DNA from: a virus
Virus record (IMG/VR): IMGVR_UViG_3300012345_000014
Location: 1 to 37,445 of that record
DNA: 37,445 nucleotides
Strand: one strand, 5' to 3'
In this document: in pieces, positions 1 through 7,576 of the stretch
Position numbering within the stretch: the stretch's first letter is position 1
How the letters are laid out: each line of letters starts with the position of its first letter
Made by a program: the position numbers and the translations under genes
The notes under the pieces: model-generated
What the model was told of the DNA's origin: nothing
The model's input: the letters and a program-made list of their open reading frames with translations, nothing else
The model's database searches: none

Positions 1-55
1 CATTATCGTCTTCGACATTAGATTCAGTTTCAGAATCCTCTGATTCAGTCTCATC
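1..55. repeat. Terminal redundancy, copy 1 (identical to 37391-37445)
   Basis: Direct comparison: cattatcgtcttcgacattagattcagtttcagaatcctctgattcagtctcatc occurs at both window ends. Confidence 0.95.
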
Positions 56-247
56 ATCTGCGACTTCCTCGCTAGATTCAGGTTCTTCTTCTTCGGTATC
101 TGTCTCAGTCTCAGCCTGAGTTGGCTGCTCTTCTGGATCAGCGAAGAGTGTCTGTCTAAGCAGGGAAGTCAGACCTTCAGTGTCTAACGAATTGCTTGGC
201 AACGTGGTTTTGGTAGGTTCACTAACCTGATTGGGTGATGTAGGCAT
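1..247 (-). CDS. Scaffolding-like protein, 5' (N-terminal) segment of a gene that wraps the window junction
   Basis: Not in the ORF track. Minus-strand ATG at 245-247, with an in-frame stop upstream at 269-271. Translation MPTSPNQVSEPTKTT...ETESEDSETESNVEDDN is strongly acidic. The 247 nt are 82 codons plus 1 nt, and the frame continues exactly into 37390 downward once the 55-bp end redundancy is collapsed (340 aa in total). Lies between the portal and major capsid genes. Confidence 0.6.
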   Translation of the reverse strand, partial: MPTSPNQVSEPTKTTLPSNSLDTEGLTSLLRQTLFADPEEQPTQAETETDTEEEEPESSEEVADDETESEDSETESNVEDDN

Positions 248-342
248 AAGCAAGAGGTTTAATGACCATCAAGAGGTCGAACTAACGAACAGAGCTTGAG
301 AAACTCAGGAACGTGAAAAACCTAAGCCTACTTTTTTGAGCG

Positions 343-588
343 TCAAGGGTCGGAGAATTCCACCTCAGTCTCAGACCGTGTCGAATAGTCCTCAATGATT
401 GCGCGCAAGTCGATTAGAGCGGCTACTTGTCCGGCGTAGTATGCACGATCCTCGCCCTTGTTGACCACATCTAGCACGCTAGACAGTGCAGAGTTGTGTT
501 CACTCTGGATGACTGCGTAGAGTGCATCCCAGAACGCTTTGGTGCCCATCTTGAGCGTGAAGGCTTCGATAACTTTTATCTCTTCCAT
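343..588 (-). CDS. Hypothetical small protein downstream of portal
   Basis: 81-aa ORF. Its ATG (586-588) overlaps the portal stop (TAATG). No motif recognised. Confidence 0.5.
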   Translation of the reverse strand: MEEIKVIEAFTLKMGTKAFWDALYAVIQSEHNSALSSVLDVVNKGEDRAYYAGQVAALIDLRAIIEDYSTRSETEVEFSDP

Positions 589-2732
589 TACATCTGAGGA
601 GGTTGTTGTTGCATTTGCTGTTGGACCATCTGGTCACCAACTGGCGTTACACCAGTTCGGCCAATCTGAGCGTTCTGTTGCTGCATTACGCTCATTTGCA
701 TGTTCTTAACGTAGTTTTGCATCAAGGTCTGGAACACTGGGTCTTGCTGTGCTGCTGCCTGTGCTTTTGGATTCTTGGACATGATGTCTTGAACATACTG
801 CATACGAGTTTCAGCAGTAGGATCGTTCTCCTTATACATCGGCTCATTGCCTAGCATCATCATTCCAATGTCAGACTGGACCTCTCTGAACATCTGCTCA
901 GATGCGCTTGAGTTGTCCATGATAAGATCACGGGCAGATTCAGGTGCAACGGCTTCGATGATCATCTGGATAAGCTTGTTACGGTTAAGAACTCCACCTG
1001 CATCGAGAGGCACCACAAACGATGAAATAGCCTGTAGTTTCTTCGCAACTAGGTCATTATCAAGCGATTGGATGTTAAACCGCACAATGAAGTCAAAGCC
1101 ACTAGCAATGTCACTCATGTTGCTTGGAAGCTGAACACCTGTGATACGCTGGATCTCTTCCGGTGGCATGTATTGCAGGCATAAGCTGAACATCTGGTTG
1201 TAGATCTTCGACCAAGTGCAGAGCCAACGGTTAACCAACTGTTGCTGCATTAGTTGCGTTTTAATTGGCACCACAGTTGCACGGCTCAAACCAAAGTAAT
1301 TGGCATGGTTGTTCTCGACACGCTCAATGAGGTTGAATGCAGTTGTCGGCGCACGGTTAGGAGACTCTAACCAAGAGTAATCATCTGGACGAGTGACAGG
1401 AAGCTGAACACCTGGGCCAATCTTGTTGATCTGACCAATGCGCTTTACCACTTTCATAGGTGGCAACGTCTCAAATGCTGTCCGGTCACGAATCGAATCG
1501 TGTTGAGCTTTGATTTCGTCCTGATCGGTGATTGTCAGTTCTGGAATGCCTCGACTCTCGGTGATTGGGCGGCGAACAACTTCGCGCCTGAACTCAATGA
1601 ACGGATACTCACCATGAGCATAATCTAGCAACTCATGCTTAGCGTAAAGATCCTGCTCTACGAGAGGAGAGAACACCGTGCAGTAAATTGCAGCGATGCC
1701 GTCCTTGTCGATCTGACGAGTGTAGGCATAGCAGATCTCAATCAGGTTGTCCTGTCGGATGATCGGAGAGGCACCCAGAGCAGTGATCGTGTCTAGCGGG
1801 TTGGTGTACCATGACTGCTTGCCTGCTGTCTCGACTGCTTGATCAATAAACTCTTCATCCCAGTCCTCTTCTTTAACCTTGGATCGTAAATCCACCTCGT
1901 TCATGTAGATACGGCGAAAGATGACTCGCGCAGATTGTAAGTCCATCGTCTCCGGTGGCAGTGCGATCTCTTCAAACGGCTTGAGAGCAGTTACACAAGG
2001 TAAGTTTTTGCTTACATACGTCTCATACATCTCACCTTCTCCAGTCTCACGAAGCTGTCTCACGAACTTCTTGATGTCACCTAACTTAAAGTCTGGCAGA
2101 TTCATGGAAATCAACTGTGCAGCTTGATCGGCTGCCTCTGGATTCATGATTAGGTCAGGAAGCTGGGAGAGTGCAGAGTCTGGACCTGCTTGCTGCGAGA
2201 GTGCAGCAATCTCGTCCATGCTGATCTTCTGAAGTCGTTTGGAGAACTCCTGATCCCATCCTACATGGTAAATCATCCAGCCGTAGTGCAAGCCATACTG
2301 TGAACCTAGCTCAACCTCACGCGATATTTCGGCCCGTAGCTTCTGTTGGGTGACCCAGTTCATGAGCGTAGACGCTGCGCTTGCAGTCGCCATGTCATTG
2401 AACTCGGTAGGCAGAACGCCAAGCTGAGAACGCTCAAAGGAGGTCGTTAGAAGGCAAGAAAGTTCATTGATAGTCGAATCAGCCAGTCTATTCCTAACAT
2501 CACTCGCGCCTTCAAATGGAAACGCCTGTCTATTGTTCGGTAGATTCTCAGAATGCTTCTTCCCATCGTCGGATTGTCCAGCCCATCTACAGAATCGGAT
2601 GTCATCAGCAGCATTTAATCTTTCTACGTTTGCAGTTGTATAGAGTGAGCGGGTAAGCTCCTTAGAGAGTTCAAGAACGTCTGGCGTTTCAGAATAGAAA
2701 GCTAGTTTGTCGCTGCTGTTTGATTTCTTCAT
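588..2732 (-). CDS. Portal protein (positional call)
   Basis: 714-aa ORF starting 1 nt after the large terminase stop and lying upstream of the scaffold and capsid genes. Size and position fit a portal. Gln-rich C-terminal tail (QQQNAQ...QQQMQQQPPQM). No family motif could be verified by eye. Confidence 0.7.
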   Translation of the reverse strand: MKKSNSSDKLAFYSETPDVLELSKELTRSLYTTANVERLNAADDIRFCRWAGQSDDGKKHSENLPNNRQAFPFEGASDVRNRLADSTINELSCLLTTSFERSQLGVLPTEFNDMATASAASTLMNWVTQQKLRAEISREVELGSQYGLHYGWMIYHVGWDQEFSKRLQKISMDEIAALSQQAGPDSALSQLPDLIMNPEAADQAAQLISMNLPDFKLGDIKKFVRQLRETGEGEMYETYVSKNLPCVTALKPFEEIALPPETMDLQSARVIFRRIYMNEVDLRSKVKEEDWDEEFIDQAVETAGKQSWYTNPLDTITALGASPIIRQDNLIEICYAYTRQIDKDGIAAIYCTVFSPLVEQDLYAKHELLDYAHGEYPFIEFRREVVRRPITESRGIPELTITDQDEIKAQHDSIRDRTAFETLPPMKVVKRIGQINKIGPGVQLPVTRPDDYSWLESPNRAPTTAFNLIERVENNHANYFGLSRATVVPIKTQLMQQQLVNRWLCTWSKIYNQMFSLCLQYMPPEEIQRITGVQLPSNMSDIASGFDFIVRFNIQSLDNDLVAKKLQAISSFVVPLDAGGVLNRNKLIQMIIEAVAPESARDLIMDNSSASEQMFREVQSDIGMMMLGNEPMYKENDPTAETRMQYVQDIMSKNPKAQAAAQQDPVFQTLMQNYVKNMQMSVMQQQNAQIGRTGVTPVGDQMVQQQMQQQPPQM

Positions 2733-2733
2733 A

Positions 2734-4383
2734 TTAATAAGAGCCTATTTCGCCTTGAGGTTGGAAGCTTTGACTGTTTTGATGGGTCGGATTCATTACG
2801 GCAAGGTAACGCAGGACATCGACAGGATCTTTAGTTGCTCCCTTGTCTCCGTCTGCACCTGTCCACTCTCGGAGTGAGTAAATGATGTTTTTGCACGTTT
2901 CACTAACATAAAGGTTAGGCTCATTTAAGAGCGCAAGCAAGGGTTCGTCCTTATCCCACGCTAACCAGTTGTTAATGATGCTCACTCCTTCCTCAATTCG
3001 GAGTCCAGCAGCAGGCGTAAACCACATTGGGTCTGGATCTTCGGCTAGGAGGTCAGTCAGACTGGTTCCACCGTTTTTACCAATCGCCTGAGTGCCTCCG
3101 GCTCTAGGGTCAATAAACCTGTCAGCAATCTCTTCCTTGCCTTCTAGCTCTTCGATGAGTGCTTTGTAGTCGTTAATCCCTCGACCAGCACCGTTTCTCT
3201 GTGCTGCCCCTGCTTTTCCGTCTGGCTTATCACTTGGGATCGCCCATTCACCTAAATCAATGCTAGGCCATTCACGATAGATGAACTTTCTACCGTGTTC
3301 GTCCACTCGGAGCCACAACATGAACCAGTTACGAGCACCAGCAGGGTCCATTGCCATGTAATTTGTCCCTTTTTCGGGTATCTGATCGTCTGGAATCACA
3401 TTCCAGTTGCCAAATTTAGGAAACTGGGAGCCAGAGAGACTTTCGGCCCAACCATAAGCACGAATCTTGACCTCGTAGTTTGTCCGGCCATGTAACGCTC
3501 GTTTGATTTCGCTGAATGGAGAGTAAGCATTGAGTTCAGAATGGAACCAAATCGCCCTGTTACTCGGATTATGGCAGGTAGCTTGGAACGGCATGGTGCC
3601 ACGTTCACCACCTGGGACATTAATTGAGTCTTTGAGCAGTGATGCTGGGAGCCATTTCGTGATCATCGCTCCTGCAATGTATTCTTTCACCACCGAAGTA
3701 TAACCAGAGATGGGAGTAAAGGTCAGAATCATCTTCCCTCGCCGTGTTGCAGTTCGGTAGCGTAGCGTTTTGATCCAATCGGCTGTGATCTCTTCGTCAA
3801 TCCAGATAAGATCGACTTCACCACCTTCGATCACCTTGATGTCTTGGGACTGATTCAGGAACCAGCACTGGCTTTTGTTGGGAAGGACAAACGTGTTGTC
3901 ACTAAATCCGTTCTTCTGCGTGAATGCTACGTTGGTGATCTTCGTCTTGCGTGCCGTCTTATACTCGGCTGGAAGGTATTTGTAGACTACAGGTTGCTGC
4001 ATCTGCACGCTGCTCATGTTGGTGGTATGGATGCACCACACTCGCTTGCCTGGGTTCTGTGAGAGGTATTGAGCCACTCGTTTTGCAGCATATTCCGTCT
4101 TAGACGCACGATTCCCACCAAAGATCATGAGTTCTGAGATAGCTGGATCTGACAACAGACTGTCGGCAATCTTCCAGTGATCTGGCTCGTAACCGTGCCT
4201 GTAAGGGTCCATCGTCTCTGCCATGATCTTATCCTCACGCAGTTGGAGAAGCTCACAAGCACGGTCAATGCCCTTGTTCTTAATGATGTTGGCTATCTGC
4301 TCCGCTGTGGGAGCGACCATGATGGGATGAGGCGTAGGCGTATATTTGCCTAGCGTTTCCTTGGATACTTCGTTGATGAACAT
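2734..4383 (-). CDS. terL: Terminase large subunit
   Basis: 549 aa. Walker A-like GGNRASKTE, Walker B-like DLIWIDEE, and a C-terminal nuclease-like half (MAMDPAG, FIDPRAGG). Immediately upstream of the portal. Confidence 0.85.
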   Translation of the reverse strand: MFINEVSKETLGKYTPTPHPIMVAPTAEQIANIIKNKGIDRACELLQLREDKIMAETMDPYRHGYEPDHWKIADSLLSDPAISELMIFGGNRASKTEYAAKRVAQYLSQNPGKRVWCIHTTNMSSVQMQQPVVYKYLPAEYKTARKTKITNVAFTQKNGFSDNTFVLPNKSQCWFLNQSQDIKVIEGGEVDLIWIDEEITADWIKTLRYRTATRRGKMILTFTPISGYTSVVKEYIAGAMITKWLPASLLKDSINVPGGERGTMPFQATCHNPSNRAIWFHSELNAYSPFSEIKRALHGRTNYEVKIRAYGWAESLSGSQFPKFGNWNVIPDDQIPEKGTNYMAMDPAGARNWFMLWLRVDEHGRKFIYREWPSIDLGEWAIPSDKPDGKAGAAQRNGAGRGINDYKALIEELEGKEEIADRFIDPRAGGTQAIGKNGGTSLTDLLAEDPDPMWFTPAAGLRIEEGVSIINNWLAWDKDEPLLALLNEPNLYVSETCKNIIYSLREWTGADGDKGATKDPVDVLRYLAVMNPTHQNSQSFQPQGEIGSY

Positions 4384-4392
4384 GCGGTTAGG

Positions 4393-4671
4393 TCACCACT
4401 TAGCCTTGTCTGCCCAGTAAGCTGCAGACATCTTACCCTTCTTGATGTTGTCAGCATGCCTAGCCTTAAACGATGCTCGACGATCCTTGGCAGCTTCACT
4501 CTCGCCCTTCTTCGGTGGTGAGCCAGAAACGCCTTGCTGACCAAAGCGGATGGTCTTTACCTTGTCGCCTTCCTTAGCTACGACTACATGGCTTTTCGTC
4601 GGATGTGATGGAGTGCGCTTCGGCTTGTTGTAGCCGCTTACGCCCACCTTAGTGAGTTTGGAGTCTTTCAT
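4393..4671 (-). CDS. Small Lys/Arg-rich conserved phage protein, function unknown
   Basis: 92 aa and very basic. KTIRFGQQG and the C-terminal FKARHADNIKKGKMSAAYWADKAKW resemble a small protein I recall as widespread in marine phage genomes. Sits directly upstream of terL. Confidence 0.55.
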   Translation of the reverse strand: MKDSKLTKVGVSGYNKPKRTPSHPTKSHVVVAKEGDKVKTIRFGQQGVSGSPPKKGESEAAKDRRASFKARHADNIKKGKMSAAYWADKAKW

Positions 4672-4691
4672 AAGTTATATCAGACCTAAAC

Positions 4692-4874
4692 CTAGTTAAG
4701 ATCTGCTTCATCAGACCTAACGCAGGCACAGTTTAACTTTGCAAGCAGTTTCTCAGCAAAGTCTTGATCCAGCCCGAAGTCGGAGATGTAGTCGAGGAAC
4801 TCAGGAAAGAAGTCCTCAATAAAGAGTGCCATAGCATCGAGTTCTTTGATGTTAAATCTAAAGGAATCTTTCAT
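4692..4874 (-). CDS. Hypothetical small acidic protein
   Basis: 60-aa ORF. It is the first ORF downstream (minus sense) of the 705-bp non-coding region. Confidence 0.4.
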   Translation of the reverse strand: MKDSFRFNIKELDAMALFIEDFFPEFLDYISDFGLDQDFAEKLLAKLNCACVRSDEADLN

Positions 4875-4969
4875 TTTTGAGAACGTAAGTCACGAAAAAG
4901 CACTGGCAAGAGTGAGATTGCCTCTTGTTCCAGTTGACTGATAGCTCTAAAGTAGCACCATAAATAAGG

Positions 4970-5056
4970 TTTGCTCTGCGGGATCAGAGTGATCTGCTCT
5001 ACTTGCAAACCGCAACTAGTCCGACTTTGATCCCGCGAAGTCGGGCTTTTTGTTTT
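4970..5056 (+). ncRNA. Candidate small structured plus-strand RNA ending at the terminator
   Basis: gcgggatc (4978-4985) is perfectly complementary to gatcccgc (5029-5036). An inner 4-bp hairpin is agag/ctct (4986-5000). A weak promoter-like TTGACT (4934-4939) is followed by CATAAA 19 nt later. No ATG-initiated ORF. Confidence 0.25.
5019..5056 (+). terminator. Rho-independent terminator-like hairpin on the plus strand
   Basis: gtccgact (5019-5026) pairs with agtcgggc (5039-5046): 8 bp with one G-U pair, and a 12-nt loop. Followed by tttttgtttt (5047-5056). The complementary strand has no U-tract. Confidence 0.5.
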
Positions 5057-5268
5057 ATGATTCTTATCCTACTCATCAAAAGAGGATAGCAACGCAGGAA
5101 TGCTAGCAAACGCTCTACATGCAGGCTGTGAGAAGTCAGTGCTATTCGTAGCGTCAAACACGAATGACTCGTTGGGGTTTATCAACTTGCAGGACGAAAG
5201 TGCCTCAAGAATTGAACGCGAGGATAAACAAAGTTCATGGGGTACCCTTCCTTCCTCCATTCTTCAAT

Positions 5269-5283
5269 GGGGGGTGGGGGGGG
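5269..5283 (+). repeat. G6-T-G8 homopurine tract
   Basis: ggggggtgggggggg read directly. Flanked by the pyrimidine run cccttccttcctcc (5245-5258) and gagagagagg (5291-5300). Confidence 0.95.
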
Positions 5284-5306
5284 TTTGCATGAGAGAGAGG
5301 ATTTGA

Positions 5307-5363
5307 TAGTTTATTGAAGCTCACTAAACCATGTTAGTTTACTGATCATCAATAGTTTACTGA
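5307..5363 (+). repeat. Three direct copies of TAGTTTAYTGA
   Basis: tagtttattga at 5307-5317, tagtttactga at 5335-5345 and tagtttactga at 5353-5363, all in the non-coding hub. Confidence 0.85.
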
Positions 5364-5579
5364 CCAGTGAATGTTGCAAATACAGTGCAGTTCTTTCAAC
5401 AAGCTACCATATTGGTAACGTCAACAAAATGGTCTGCACATGAGCAGTATATAAAAATTATAAAGATTGCCGCTCTAAAACTCCTCCGCAAATTTACAGA
5501 GGTTTACGTTGTTTTAGACTTTCTAATTACGGCACATACGCCCTAATTAAATCGGCTAACGAGGCACGGCAAAAGGTTG

Positions 5580-5882
5580 TTAGCGTTTCCGCTCGTAAAC
5601 TGGCTTGTTGTGAGTCATCCTAAAGACTCTCACAGCAGACTTAGAGCATTTGAGGATCAATGCAATGTCTAAATTTGAATGCTTCTTCCATGCTCTGTCA
5701 CTGATCTGCGGTAACTTCTCCTTGAGTGCAGAGCGTTTAGCCTTGTCAGGTGCTCTAGGTAAGCCTCTCTCACGCCTAGCACTCCTCACCGTCTTATCAC
5801 AGCATCCTAACTGATTGGCAATCGCTTCGTTCGTCTGGTTCCAGTCTGTGATACTGGAGAAGTCTACTTTGTTGTATTTCAT
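5580..5882 (-). CDS. Putative DNA-binding protein with two HTH-like segments
   Basis: The track ORF is 5580-5915. I prefer the internal ATG at 5880-5882 (MKYNKVDF...) because it abuts the upstream stop (5885-5887) and shares a 19-nt start-region repeat with the upstream gene. NEAIANQLGCCDKTVRSARRERG and NLDIALILKCSKSAVRVF look HTH-like. Confidence 0.45.
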   Translation of the reverse strand: MKYNKVDFSSITDWNQTNEAIANQLGCCDKTVRSARRERGLPRAPDKAKRSALKEKLPQISDRAWKKHSNLDIALILKCSKSAVRVFRMTHNKPVYERKR

Positions 5883-5886
5883 GGTT
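5868..5886. repeat. 19-nt repeat over a gene start (copy 1; copy 2 at 6080-6098)
   Basis: tttgttgtatttcatggtt is identical at 5868-5886 and 6080-6098. On the minus strand it reads AACC ATG AAA TAC AAC AAA (MKYNK). Confidence 0.9.
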
Positions 5887-6094
5887 AATCCCTCTCTTGA
5901 TTGCTTGAAGAGCATACAGACACGGCCTCACATGCCAATCTCATAGCCTCTTCACGAGTGCTTGCTGATTGACATCTATTAGCCAAATCAGGAACCATTG
6001 CTGCCCATGTTCCATCGGGTTCTTGTTGCGCGTAAACTTTCAGCATTACTGCTCCAGTGTGGATTTCTACTGGTCCTCGTTTGTTGTATTTCAT
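5885..6094 (-). CDS. HicB-like (UPF0150-fold) small protein
   Basis: 69 aa. VYAQQEPDGTWAAMVPDLANRCQSASTREEAMRLACEAV matches the HicB/UPF0150 pattern (E.DG.w.a.vPdl.gc.s.g.T.EEA....EA). ATGA overlap with the upstream gene. No HicA-like partner seen. Confidence 0.5.
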   Translation of the reverse strand: MKYNKRGPVEIHTGAVMLKVYAQQEPDGTWAAMVPDLANRCQSASTREEAMRLACEAVSVCSSSNQERD

Positions 6095-6336
6095 GGTTCA
6101 CACTCGCTAATGAGTTGATCAACAGCTTGTTTAATTGCAGACCACTCTCTAGGATCAATCTGAATAGTTTTTGAATCACTTTGTTGAGAGACTTCCACAA
6201 ACTCACCTGCGGCTTCATTTACAATACTCACCTCAGTGCAACGCTCTGAGAAGATAGGCTCGCCAATAGGCAGGACTGACAATCGAGTCACTCGAATTCG
6301 ATAATTGGATTCACTTGGTTCTGTTTTAGTTTTCAT
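6091..6336 (-). CDS. Hypothetical protein
   Basis: 81-aa ORF, with ATGA overlaps at both ends. Confidence 0.45.
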   Translation of the reverse strand: MKTKTEPSESNYRIRVTRLSVLPIGEPIFSERCTEVSIVNEAAGEFVEVSQQSDSKTIQIDPREWSAIKQAVDQLISECEP

Positions 6337-6473
6337 TGATAATCAGCTTTGTGTTCTTGTTTTTTGTGTTTATGCATTCGGTTAGATAGACAAGCAGGAC
6401 AACCTCCGTGACTTCGACAACTACGGTCAAAGCTTCTACTCTTACGGTATGGCTGTTTCTTGGTTCTGCTCAC
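6333..6473 (-). CDS. Small basic Cys-motif protein (below the ORF-track cutoff)
   Basis: Own translation: (GTG)SRTKKQPYRKSRSFDRSCRSHGGCPACLSNRMHKHKKQEHKADYQ*, 46 aa. AGGAAGG lies 7 nt upstream of the GTG. Its stop overlaps the next ATG (CAATGA). Fills an otherwise unexplained 138-nt gap. Confidence 0.4.
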   Translation of the reverse strand: MSRTKKQPYRKSRSFDRSCRSHGGCPACLSNRMHKHKKQEHKADYQ

Positions 6474-6474
6474 T

Positions 6475-6984
6475 CTAATACCTTCCTAGCCTCCTCGGTT
6501 GATATTTACTCATGAGATTCATTCCGTCCATGCGAATGATGATCTTCATGCCAGGGATGAACATAGACGAATCTTTACAGTGACAAAGCACCTCTTTCCC
6601 TCGGTATTCCACTACCATCATCTTTTGGTTGGGAAGTCTGCAACGCTTAACGATAGCAGTTTCCTCACCTGCAAACATTCGGTCAGTAGCGTTCAGCACC
6701 TGTGGAACATCTTCGCTTTGTGGAACATCTAGAGCTTGTTCGTTGATTGGTTCGTCGTCATCATCAATCGGTTGTCGATCAAGATCCACCACTGTCTTGC
6801 GTAGCTTCAACAGGTTGTCACCGAAGGCATTCACGAAGTATTTGTGGCCTACTTTCACAAAGGACTGTGGAACTGCTAGAAGAATGTCTTTAGCTTCCTT
6901 CTTAGATAGCCCATGCTTCTCAGCGGCTAGGAGTAGAGGAACAGTGCCCTCTGGTGGACGAATTGCTTTGGATTGTGTTTTCAT
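6475..6984 (-). CDS. Hypothetical protein
   Basis: 169-aa ORF with an acidic central linker (DDDDEPINEQ). No motif recognised. Confidence 0.5.
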   Translation of the reverse strand: MKTQSKAIRPPEGTVPLLLAAEKHGLSKKEAKDILLAVPQSFVKVGHKYFVNAFGDNLLKLRKTVVDLDRQPIDDDDEPINEQALDVPQSEDVPQVLNATDRMFAGEETAIVKRCRLPNQKMMVVEYRGKEVLCHCKDSSMFIPGMKIIIRMDGMNLMSKYQPRRLGRY

Positions 6985-6994
6985 TTGGTGTGGA

Positions 6995-7279
6995 TTAGCA
7001 ACGATACGAAGGTTGTGATTTCAGGAAGTTTCGGATGTCATCCTGCAAGAGTAGGCTCATCTGCTTCGATGCGCTGCAACGAGTCAGGAGGTGGGAGGCA
7101 TTCTGAAGTTTGACGGCTTGGATCATCAGCGTTTGCTGGCGGTCAATTAGGCGGTCGCTGAGTTCGGAGATGTCGCGTTCTAGCTGTCGGGCGAGGGAGT
7201 AAGTTTTTGCAAGTTCAACGTCGAAATCTTCAGACTCCATTGCGTCTGAGTGTGCGTCTGTGCGTGGTGTTGGTGTCAT
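6995..7279 (-). CDS. Hypothetical protein (coiled-coil-like)
   Basis: 94-aa ORF in series with its neighbours. Confidence 0.45.
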   Translation of the reverse strand: MTPTPRTDAHSDAMESEDFDVELAKTYSLARQLERDISELSDRLIDRQQTLMIQAVKLQNASHLLTRCSASKQMSLLLQDDIRNFLKSQPSYRC

Positions 7280-7293
7280 GTGTTGTTTGTTGT

Positions 7294-7548
7294 TTAATTG
7301 CGACCTTTAACTGCAACTCGCAACTTGTCACGCTCTAGTTTTCTCTTGTGACACCAGTCTAGTGCGTTTGCAAGTCTAGGGTTGGCACTAGGAGGGCTTT
7401 TGTGAATATTTTCTGGTGGTGGTGATTCATCAACTTTTTCACAGCCAAAAACTTTTTGACCCCCTCCGCCCCTAGTCTCAGCTTCACTATTGATACTGTG
7501 TCTCATTAGGTGTAAATCGTTGATACTGAGTGATGATGTATTATACAT
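7294..7548 (-). CDS. Hypothetical protein
   Basis: 84-aa ORF in series with its neighbours. Confidence 0.4.
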   Translation of the reverse strand: MYNTSSLSINDLHLMRHSINSEAETRGGGGQKVFGCEKVDESPPPENIHKSPPSANPRLANALDWCHKRKLERDKLRVAVKGRN

Positions 7549-7576
7549 TACGCTTATTGTTTGTAGTTAAGCTAGG

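Noticed and set aside
1-55. The 55-bp end identity as a biological direct terminal repeat
   Set aside because: It lies in the middle of an ORF that reads through the junction in frame, so it is most simply an assembler overlap of a circular or circularly permuted genome. This cannot be settled without reads.
4978-5036. tRNA-like acceptor stem (8-bp gcgggatc/gatcccgc)
   Set aside because: The enclosed element is only 59 nt, lacks a T-loop (GTTCRANYC-like) and a D-arm, and cannot fold into a cloverleaf. It is kept only as a generic structured-RNA candidate.
5069-5306. 63-aa minus-strand and 68-aa plus-strand ORFs in the non-coding hub
   Set aside because: The minus-strand ORF is preceded by the C8AC6 tract with no initiation signal. 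Both translations look compositionally random. The region is dominated by low-complexity tracts and repeats.
6629-7018. 129-aa plus-strand ORF
   Set aside because: It is antisense to the 169-aa minus-strand gene. The translation is Ser/Arg/Cys-rich and has no start context.
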